Source: Actinomycetes bacterium (GTDB lineage: Bacteria > Actinomycetota > Actinomycetes > JACCUZ01). Taken from it: DNA of 24,000 nucleotides. Positions 17,074 to 24,000 of the stretch are shown in pieces. The stretch's first letter is position 1; each line of letters starts with the position of its first letter. Position numbers and translations under genes: made by a program. The stretch spans positions 24,123 through 48,122 of the forward strand of contig JBBRHF010000004.1 in the NCBI GenBank assembly GCA_038223055.1, written 5' to 3'. The notes beneath the pieces are model-generated. The model saw only the letters and a program-made list of their open reading frames with translations. It made no database searches and was not told the DNA's origin.

Positions 17074-18374
17074 TCGTCGCCTTCCTGCTGGGGCGGATGC
17101 TGCTGGTCTTGCTTGTGCCGGTCACCCGGAGGTTGCCCCGGCTGGGGGCGTGACGGGTCGTCTGGTCCGGTCCCTGCTGGTCCGACGGTAACGGTCCCGG
17201 CGGTGTCACCCGACGAGCCGGGAGCAGTGCACGCCCGGACCAGGCTCATCGTCAGGAGGGCCAGGGCGAGCAGCACGACCGTGGTGGGCAGCCACCGGGA
17301 GCGCCGGCGCGCGGGCGGAAGCTCGAATCCCGGATCGGTGTCGGAACCGACCCGGCCGGGCCCGCCGACCCGCTCGTAGGGCACGGCGATGGGCGGCGGC
17401 TCCTGCGGCGAGCGCGCCGAATTCGGAGAGCGGGCCGCGTCCGACATGTGGGCTGCGTCCGACGTGTGGGCTGCGTCCGACATGTGGGCTGCGTCCGACA
17501 TGTGGGCTGCGTCCGAAAAGTGGGCTGCGTCCGGTACGCCCGCATCCGGTGAGATCGCATCGAGCAGCCCGGCCGCCTCGCGGCCCACGTCCCCGGCGGT
17601 CACCGGCCGGAAGGCAGGGTCCTTGGCCAGCATCCGCATCACGAGGTCGCGGGCCGGCGCGGGAACCGTGGGCGGCAGCTCCGGGGGCGGCTCGCGCACC
17701 TGGGCCAACGCGACGGTGACGGGGGTGTCGCCGACGAACGGCAGCCGCCCGCTCAGGCACTCGTAGGCCACGATGCCAAGGGAGTAGATGTCGCTGGCGG
17801 GGGTCACCGGCCGGCCGCTGGCCTGCTCAGGTGAGATGTAGTGAGCGGTTCCCATGATCGCGCCGGTGCGGGTGAGCGGAACCGAGTTGGCGGCTCGGCT
17901 GATGCCGAAGTCGGTGATCTTGAGTACGCCGTCGGGAGTGACGATCATGTTGCCGGGCTTGATGTCGCGGTGGATGACCCCCTCGAGATGGGCCGCCTCC
18001 AGCGCGAACGCGGCCTGCCCGATGAGGTCGATGCTGCGTTCGGCGTCCAGCGGCCCCTCCCGGGTGATGATCGTCGAGAGGGGCTCGCCGGGCACGAGCT
18101 CGAGCACGAGGAATGGCGCCCCGGCCGCCTCGCCGCCGTAGTCGTAGACCGCCGCGATGCCCGGGTGCGACAGCGCGGCGGCATGGCGCGCCTCGGCCCG
18201 AAACCGCTCGAGGAAGGTCGCGTCCTCGGCGTACTCCCGGCGCAGCAGCTTGACCGCCACCGGCCGGGCGAGCACCTGGTCGGTGGCGGCCCAGACCTCG
18301 CCCATGCCGCCGCCGGCGATGCGTTCGGACAGGACATAGCGCTCGCCGAGGACGACGTGGGTGTCCGATGTCAT
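17070..18374 (-). CDS. pknA: Ser/Thr protein kinase PknA
   Basis: The ATG at 18374 overlaps the pbpA stop (ATGA). GGGMGEVW, VAVK, HRDIKPGN, DFGIS and GTAHYISPEQ. Single TM WLPTTVVLLALALLTMSLV. The 482-aa track ORF is an over-extension into pbpA. Confidence 0.93.
17439..17528. repeat. 18-bp in-frame tandem repeat x5 within pknA (encodes SDAAH[M/T/F] hexapeptides)
   Basis: GTCCGACATGTGGGCTGC repeated at 17439, 17457, 17475, 17493 and 17511, with 0-3 substitutions. It translates on the minus strand as DAAHFSDAAHMSDAAHMSDAAHTSDAAHMSDAA in the juxtamembrane linker. Confidence 0.92.
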
Positions 18375-19819
18375 CGCCCCAACACCGCCCGCATGACGTC
18401 TCGGGCGATCGGTGCCGCGAGCTGGTTGCCGCTGACTTCGGCGGCGCCGCCGCCGTCCTCGATGACGACGGCGACCGCCACCTTGGCGTCCTGCGCGGGC
18501 GCGAACGACACGAACCACGCGTGCGGCTTCTTGCCGCCCCCCTGCTGGGCGGTGCCGGTCTTGCCGGCGACCCGGACGCCGTCGATCTTCGCGTTGGAGC
18601 CGGTGCCCTGCTCGACGACGGTGACCAGCATCTCGGTCAGGGTGCTCGCGGTCTGGGGGCTCATGGCGGTGGAGAGCTCCTTGGGTCGGGTTCGGTCCAG
18701 CACGGACAGGTCAGGAGCCCGCACCTCCTGCACCAGGTGTGGCGCCATCAGGACGCCCCGGTTGGCGACCGCAGCGACCACCATGGCCATCTGCAACGGG
18801 GTCGCCCGGACGTCGAACTGCCCGATCGCCGACTGGGCCGTCTGGGGTGGGTTCAGGTCGGTGGGGATGCGGCTGGCCGCTGCCGGCGTCGGGATCTCGA
18901 CCGTGGTGTTGAAGCCGAACTTGCGGGCCTGGCTCACCAGGGCGTCGGCCCCGAGGTCCAGCCCGACCTTGCCGAACGCCACGTTGCAGGAGCGTTTGAG
19001 CGCGTCCTCCAGCGTGGCGGTGCCGTCGGCGCTGCACGCCTGCCCATCGAAGTTGGGCAGGTTGGTCGAGGTCTGGGGCAGGTCCAGCGACCCGGCGTTG
19101 TCGACCGGCGTGTCGCGCTGGAACTTCCCGCTCTCGAGGGCCGCCGTCGCCGTCACGATCTTGAAGGTGGACCCCGGCGGGTAGGTTCGCCGGGTCGCCC
19201 GGTTCAGCATCGGCTGGCGCGGGTCACCGGTGAGCTTGCTGCGGGCCGCGCGGATCGCCGCCGAGTCGTGCGAGGAAAGCACGTTCGGGTCGTACGACGG
19301 GCTGCTGGCCAGTGCCAGGATCGCGCCGGTCGCCGGCTGGATCGCGACGACGGCTCCCCGGCGCCCCCTGAGCCCCGCATAGGCGGCCTTCTGCGCCGCC
19401 GAGCTCAGCGTCAGCTGCACGCTGCCGCCCTTGGGCTGCTCGCCGGTGAGCAGGTCCATCACCCGGCGGACGAACAGGCTGTCGTCGGTGCCGGACAGGA
19501 TCGTGTTGGCTGTGGACTCGATCTCGGTCGCACCGTAGATGAGCGAATAGAAACCGGTCGCGGGGGCATAGAGCCGCCCGTCGGAATAGGTCCGCTTGAA
19601 CTTGAGCCGGTCGTTGGTCTCGACGCTGGAGGCGATGGCCTTGCCGCCGACGAGGATCGGCCCGCGCTGGCGGGAATACTCCTCCAGGATCAGCCGCGGG
19701 TTGTTCGAGTCGTTGTGCAGCGAGCTCGCCCGAACCACCTGAAGATAGTTCACGTTGAGCAGCAGCAAGGCGAACAGCACCATGACGGCGACGGCGAGGC
19801 GGCGCACGGGGGCGTTCAT
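18371..19819 (-). CDS. pbpA: Penicillin-binding protein A (class B transpeptidase, PBP2-like)
   Basis: The start MNAPVRRLAVAVMVLFALLLLN parallels M. tuberculosis PbpA (MNASLRRISVTVM...). AGGTGG RBS. SxxK (GSTFK), SxN (RSCN) and KTG (GKTGTA) motifs. Confidence 0.93.
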   Translation of the reverse strand: MNAPVRRLAVAVMVLFALLLLNVNYLQVVRASSLHNDSNNPRLILEEYSRQRGPILVGGKAIASSVETNDRLKFKRTYSDGRLYAPATGFYSLIYGATEIESTANTILSGTDDSLFVRRVMDLLTGEQPKGGSVQLTLSSAAQKAAYAGLRGRRGAVVAIQPATGAILALASSPSYDPNVLSSHDSAAIRAARSKLTGDPRQPMLNRATRRTYPPGSTFKIVTATAALESGKFQRDTPVDNAGSLDLPQTSTNLPNFDGQACSADGTATLEDALKRSCNVAFGKVGLDLGADALVSQARKFGFNTTVEIPTPAAASRIPTDLNPPQTAQSAIGQFDVRATPLQMAMVVAAVANRGVLMAPHLVQEVRAPDLSVLDRTRPKELSTAMSPQTASTLTEMLVTVVEQGTGSNAKIDGVRVAGKTGTAQQGGGKKPHAWFVSFAPAQDAKVAVAVVIEDGGGAAEVSGNQLAAPIARDVMRAVLGR

Positions 19820-19835
19820 CGGCGGACCACCTGGT

Positions 19836-21230
19836 TCATCGGCGTACGACCTGGGTCTTGGCGTCATCGATCGGCGCGGCGGGCGGCGGCGCGGGTCGCC
19901 GGGAGGCATCGCTGATCCGCAGCAACACGGCGACCAGGATCCAATTGGCCACCAGCGATGAGCCGCCGTAGGACAGCCACGGCATGGTGAGCCCGGTGAG
20001 CGGGATGAGCCGGGTGACCCCGCCCACGACGACGAAGACCTGCAGGGCCACGCTGAACGCGAGCCCGGCCGCGAGCAGCTTGCCGAACGAGTCGCGGACG
20101 GCCACGGCCGTGCGCAGCCCCCGCTGGACGATGATCGCGTAGACGATGAGCAGCGCCATCAGGCCGGTGAGCCCGAGCTCTTCGCCGATGGCCGCGACGA
20201 TGAAGTCGGTCTTGGCGTAGGGAACGATGTCCGGTCGGCCCTGCCCGAGGCCCTTGCCGAGCAAGCCCCCGGTGCCCATGCCGTAGAGGCCCTGCACGAG
20301 TTGGAAGCTGTCTCCGCGGATGTTGCGTTCGGCGAAGGGGTGCAGCCAGATGTCGACCCGCTGCTGGACGTGGCCGAACATCGTCCACGCGAGGAACGAC
20401 CCGGACATGAACATGCCGATGCCGATCAGCAGCCAGGATCGGCGCTCGGTGGCGATGTAGAGCAGGGCCACGAAGACACCGAAGAACAGCAGCGAGGTGC
20501 CGAGGTCGCGCTCGAACACGAGCACGGCGAGGCTGGCCGCCCAGGCCACGATGATCGGGCCGAGGTCGCGGCCTCGGGGCAGGTCGATCCCGGCGACCCG
20601 GCGGCTAGCCAGCGCAAGCACGTCGCGCTTCGCCACGAGATAGCCGGAGAAGAACACCAGCAGCACCAGCTTGGCGATCTCGCCGGGCTGGAAGGAGAAC
20701 CCCGCGAACCGGATCCAGATGCGCGCGCCGTTGATGGTGGTGCCGATCACCGGCAGCAGCGGGAGCAGCAGCGCCACGATGCCCGCGAGCAGCGCGGTGT
20801 AGGTGAAGCGTTGCAAGATGCGATGGTCGCGTACGACGACGAGGAACAGCACGAACAGCACGACCCCGACGGCGGTCCAGGTGATCTGAGCCGGGGCGGA
20901 GGCGGTGGGCGCGATGTTGCCGAGGCGTCGGGCCCGATCGGCGCCGGCGAGGTCGAGCCGGTGGATGACTGCCAGGCCCAGACCGTTGATCATGGTGACC
21001 GCCGGCAGCAGCACCGGGTCGGCGTCGGGAGCCAGCCGGCGCAGCGCGAGGTGGGCGACCAGGAACAGCCCCGCCAACCCTGCGCCGTAGGTCGCCATGT
21101 CGGTGGGGAGCACCGCGTCGTGGGCCAGGCCGACGGAGGCATAGGCGGCCATCGCCACCCCGAGCGAGAGCACCAGCAGCAGCAGCTCGATGTTGCGGGG
21201 ATGACGTGCGGCCACGCCTCGGGCGCTCAC
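19836..21230 (-). CDS. rodA: SEDS-family peptidoglycan glycosyltransferase RodA/FtsW-like
   Basis: Polytopic membrane protein aligning by eye with M. tuberculosis RodA (RNIELLLLVL..., DPVLLPAVTMINGLGLAVIHRLDL, C-terminal PLTGLTMPWLSYGGSSL). The start is set at in-frame GTG 21230 (464 aa). The 621-aa track ORF runs back through pstP. Start is uncertain by a few codons. Confidence 0.9.
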   Translation of the reverse strand: MSARGVAARHPRNIELLLLVLSLGVAMAAYASVGLAHDAVLPTDMATYGAGLAGLFLVAHLALRRLAPDADPVLLPAVTMINGLGLAVIHRLDLAGADRARRLGNIAPTASAPAQITWTAVGVVLFVLFLVVVRDHRILQRFTYTALLAGIVALLLPLLPVIGTTINGARIWIRFAGFSFQPGEIAKLVLLVFFSGYLVAKRDVLALASRRVAGIDLPRGRDLGPIIVAWAASLAVLVFERDLGTSLLFFGVFVALLYIATERRSWLLIGIGMFMSGSFLAWTMFGHVQQRVDIWLHPFAERNIRGDSFQLVQGLYGMGTGGLLGKGLGQGRPDIVPYAKTDFIVAAIGEELGLTGLMALLIVYAIIVQRGLRTAVAVRDSFGKLLAAGLAFSVALQVFVVVGGVTRLIPLTGLTMPWLSYGGSSLVANWILVAVLLRISDASRRPAPPPAAPIDDAKTQVVRR

Positions 21231-21270
21231 CGGTGCACCATGTCCTTGTCGGTAGCTCCAGATGGGCTGC

Positions 21271-22770
21271 TCATCGGGGGCCGCCGCAGTCGAGGGCTTC
21301 CGGGCTGGTCCCGGTCGGCGAGGGCACCGGCGTGCCGGTGGCGTCCGGGGCCGGCGATCCGCCCGAGGGTGGCGGTGTCGTGACCGGGGCGGGAGTCGGG
21401 GTGACCGGGGGGGGCGTGAGCTGCGCGGGCGTGCCCCGCGGCGTGCCCGGGGCCAACGTGACCGGGGTTGGTGCCGTTGCCGGGGTGGTGGGGGTGCCGG
21501 TCGGCGCCGGAGTGCCGCCGCCGCCGCCGGGGCTGGGGCTGGGGCTCGGGCTCGGGCTCGCCGTGGCGCGAGCGCACAGCGTGGCCTGCTCGCGCAGCGT
21601 GCTGATGATGCGCTTGGCCGCCCCCAGGTTGCTGGCGGTGATCTCGGCCTCGACTCTGGCCCGGTGGTAGGCCGGGAGGTCGCGCAGTGCGACGTCCTCA
21701 CGTTCGTACAGTTTCGAGGTCTTGACCGGGCCGACGTCCTGGGTCAGGCCTCGGTAGATCGCGACCTCGGACCCGGCGGGGGCGACGTAGAACTGCTGCT
21801 GGGACCAGCGCCACGCCCCGTAGCCGCCGCCGCCGAGCAGGGCCAGCACGAGCACGATCCCGAGGGCGGTGAGCCAGCGACGGCGCGGGGGCGGCTCGTC
21901 GGTCTCTTCGTCGGGGTCGCTGTCCTGGTGCGGCGCAGGTGCGAGCGCAGCAGCCTTCGCGGCCGCTGAGTCGGTGGTCGAGCGGCGCACCGGAGCGCGG
22001 GCGGCGGCGCCGACGGTGACCGGGATCGCCGAGGGGCTGGCCTCGACGTCGACGACGTCGGCCACGATCGCGGTGATGTTGTCGGGTCCGCCGCCGCGCA
22101 GGGCGAGCTCGACGAGCCGCTCAACAACGGCGGCCGGGTCGCCCGGGTCGCCCGGGTCGGCGAGGGCCTCGTGCAGGGTCTCGTCGCTGACGACGTTGGA
22201 CAGGCCGTCGCTGCAGAGCAGATAGCGGTCACCGGCCCTGGCCTCGCGGACCGACAGGTCGAGCTCGACGTCGCGCCCGTCGAGGGCGCGCAGGATCAGC
22301 GACTTCTGCGGATGGCTCTCCGCCTCCTCCGCGGTGATGCGTCCCTCGTCGACGAGGGTTTGCACGAACGTGTGGTCCTTGGTGATCTGGGTCAGGTCGC
22401 CGGCGCGCAGCAGGTAGCAGCGCGAGTCCCCGACGTGCACGAGCCCGAACCGCGAGCCGGCCCGCAGCAGTGCGGTCAGCGTGGTGCCCATGCCGAGAAG
22501 GTCGGGATCGCCGGCGACCATGTCCCGCAGGTGGCCGTTGGCGATGCTCACTGCCGCGGAGAGCGCCGCGAGCAGGTCCGACCCGGGCGAGTCCTCGTCC
22601 AGCTTGGACAGCACGCTGATGGCGAGGGAAGAAGCAACCTCGCCCGCGGCATTGCCGCCGACCCCGTCGGCGACGGCTAGAAGGCGCGGACCGGCATAGC
22701 CGGAGTCCTCGTTGCCGTCGCGGACCAGGCCCACGTCGGACCGGGCGGCGAACCGTAGCGCGAGCGCCAT
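21271..22770 (-). CDS. pstP: PP2C-family Ser/Thr phosphatase PstP with TM and Pro/Thr/Ser-rich extracellular tail
   Basis: MALALRFAARSDVGLVRDGNEDS, LLAVADGVGGNAAGEVAS, GMGTTLTA, LLCSDGLSN and GGPDNITAIVADV match mycobacterial PstP. TM WLTALGIVLVLALLGGGGYGAW. ATG at 22770 lies 4 nt after the fhaB stop. Confidence 0.94.
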   Translation of the reverse strand: MALALRFAARSDVGLVRDGNEDSGYAGPRLLAVADGVGGNAAGEVASSLAISVLSKLDEDSPGSDLLAALSAAVSIANGHLRDMVAGDPDLLGMGTTLTALLRAGSRFGLVHVGDSRCYLLRAGDLTQITKDHTFVQTLVDEGRITAEEAESHPQKSLILRALDGRDVELDLSVREARAGDRYLLCSDGLSNVVSDETLHEALADPGDPGDPAAVVERLVELALRGGGPDNITAIVADVVDVEASPSAIPVTVGAAARAPVRRSTTDSAAAKAAALAPAPHQDSDPDEETDEPPPRRRWLTALGIVLVLALLGGGGYGAWRWSQQQFYVAPAGSEVAIYRGLTQDVGPVKTSKLYEREDVALRDLPAYHRARVEAEITASNLGAAKRIISTLREQATLCARATASPSPSPSPSPGGGGGTPAPTGTPTTPATAPTPVTLAPGTPRGTPAQLTPPPVTPTPAPVTTPPPSGGSPAPDATGTPVPSPTGTSPEALDCGGPR

Positions 22771-22774
22771 GTCG

Positions 22775-23278
22775 CTATTTCCGCAACTCGATGACGGTCT
22801 TGCCAATGCGGATCGGCACGCCGATCTTCACCGGGGTGGGGCCGTTGACTTTGGCCCGGTCGAGGTAGGTGCCGTTGGTGGAGCCCATGTCCTCGACCAT
22901 CCACTGACCGTCGAGCGGGTAGAGCCGGGCGTGGCGGGTGGAGACGTAGTCGTCGTCGAGCACGATCGTCGAGTCCTGGGCGCGGCCCAGGGTGACCGGT
23001 GTCTCGTTCAGCCGCACGCTCGTCCCGGACAGCGCGCCGTGGGTGACCACCAGGGTGCTGGGCACGCCGCGGCGACCCTTGGCGGGCTTGGCCGGCTTGT
23101 CGGCCTTGCTCTGTCGCGGTGGGCGGGCGGTGGGGACCCCGGTTCGTTGCGGGCCTCCCCGTGACGCGACCCGGCGGCCGAACAGGTCCGATCGCATCAC
23201 CGACACCGCAGTCAGCACGAACAGCCACAGGACGGCGAGGAAGCCGAGCCGGATGATCGTCAGCGTGAGCTCGGACAC
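22775..23278 (-). CDS. fhaB: FHA-domain membrane protein FhaB/FipA
   Basis: N-terminal TM LTIIRLGFLAVLWLFVLTAV. C-terminal FHA domain TLGRAQDSTIVLDDDYVSTRHARL...STNGTYL. GTG at 23278 lies 5 nt after GAGGTGAG. Confidence 0.92.
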   Translation of the reverse strand: MSELTLTIIRLGFLAVLWLFVLTAVSVMRSDLFGRRVASRGGPQRTGVPTARPPRQSKADKPAKPAKGRRGVPSTLVVTHGALSGTSVRLNETPVTLGRAQDSTIVLDDDYVSTRHARLYPLDGQWMVEDMGSTNGTYLDRAKVNGPTPVKIGVPIRIGKTVIELRK

Positions 23279-23283
23279 CTAGC

Positions 23284-24000
23284 TCACCTCGCGCCGTCGT
23301 GGAATACCAGGACCGTGCTGCCCATCAGGATCTTGGCGCCGTTCTCGAGCCGGGCCTGCTCGACGCGACGGCCGTCGACCACCACTCCGTTGGTTGACCC
23401 ATTGTCCAGGAGGGTGACATCGCCGCCCTGCATGCGGATGTCGGCGTGGTGGCGGGACACGCCGAGATCTTCGATCCGCAGGTCGTTCTCGGTGCCCCGA
23501 CCGACCCGGGTCAGCGCCTTGGTCAGCGCGTACGTCGTGTCGCCGACCTGCAGCCACGGCGTGCCCCGGCGTGGGGCGACCTCGGCCGGGCGCTGGCCGT
23601 CCTGCGCGTCCCAGCCCCCGGGCCGCGCGCCGCCGGTGGCCGCGCTGCGCACCCGCAACCGGCCGGTGTCCAGCCCGTCGTCGCGCTCGAACTCCACCGT
23701 GACCGGGCCGAGGAAGGAGTAGCCCTGCTCCTCGGCGTGCTCGCGCACCATTGAGGACAGCTCCTCGGACAACGGCTCGGCGTAGACGATCAGACGCTCG
23801 TGATCGCGCTCACCCAGCGATACGGTGAACCGGTTGGGCACCATGGTTCGTCCCCGCGCGACGATGGCGGCCCGGTCGTCGCACTCGCGCTGCAGGGCGC
23901 TGGCGATCTCCACCGGCTGCACCTCCGCCTTGAATGCGCGAGCGAACGGTCGGTTGACCATCTCCTCGATGCGGCGCTCGAAGCGCTGCAGGACGCCCAC
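23284..24000 (-). CDS. fhaA: FHA-domain protein FhaA (DUF3662 N-terminal domain plus C-terminal FHA)
   Basis: GVLQRFERRIEEMVNRPFARAFKAEVQPVEIASALQRECDDRA is the typical FhaA N-terminus. C-terminal FHA is RVGRGTENDLRIEDLGVSRHHADI...STNGVVVDG. The first codon is GTG at 24000-23998, at the window edge. This matches the N-terminus of streptomycete homologues, so the gene is probably complete, but an upstream start cannot be excluded. Confidence 0.88.
   Translation of the reverse strand: MGVLQRFERRIEEMVNRPFARAFKAEVQPVEIASALQRECDDRAAIVARGRTMVPNRFTVSLGERDHERLIVYAEPLSEELSSMVREHAEEQGYSFLGPVTVEFERDDGLDTGRLRVRSAATGGARPGGWDAQDGQRPAEVAPRRGTPWLQVGDTTYALTKALTRVGRGTENDLRIEDLGVSRHHADIRMQGGDVTLLDNGSTNGVVVDGRRVEQARLENGAKILMGSTVLVFHDGAR

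Noticed and set aside
19836-22806. Over-long track ORFs for rodA (621 aa), pstP (511 aa), and likewise pknA (482 aa), pbpA (512 aa), the anti-sigma (341 aa), ppiA (228 aa), DUF881 (286 aa) and trpG (344 aa)
   Set aside because: The N-terminal extensions overlap the upstream gene or are Arg/Pro-rich. Internal starts with RBS or 4-nt coupling, and agreement with known orthologue N-termini, were preferred.

Overview
High-GC (about 70%) actinobacterial chromosome segment covering the conserved origin-proximal gyrA-to-fhaA neighbourhood. By motif recognition and by gene order as known from Mycobacterium tuberculosis Rv0006-Rv0020c, the window reads: gyrA (5' partial), DUF3566 membrane protein, tRNA-Ile(GAT), a 40-aa DLW-motif microprotein, tRNA-Ala(TGC), a lineage-specific ECF sigma / anti-sigma pair with a divergent secreted protein, an 11-mer-repeat membrane protein in the cwsA position, ppiA, a rhomboid protease, crgA, a DUF881 protein, a class E sortase, a 52-aa membrane peptide and trpG/pabA. 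These are followed on the minus strand by pknB-pknA-pbpA-rodA-pstP-fhaB-fhaA. The main anomaly is a two-gene insertion at the normally tight trpG/pknB junction. It comprises a 1005-aa exported, C-terminally anchored protein made of eight tandem cupredoxin domains (seven with a complete His-Cys-His-Met type-1 copper ligand set) joined by Ala/Pro linkers. This gene overlaps, by a 4-nt ATGA junction, a gene for a 4-TM membrane protein. It is preceded by an unusual 600-bp non-coding region containing a 5 x 17-bp tandem array, a (CCCCA)n G4/i-motif tract and small palindromes. Other observations are a three-box DnaA-box cluster in the convergent rhomboid/crgA spacer, several short tandem repeats (some in frame within pknA and gyrA), and an extreme poly-Asp/Val GyrA tail. 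All family assignments come from motif reading and recalled synteny; no database search was possible. Most other long ORFs in the six-frame track are high-GC antisense or alternate-frame artefacts.
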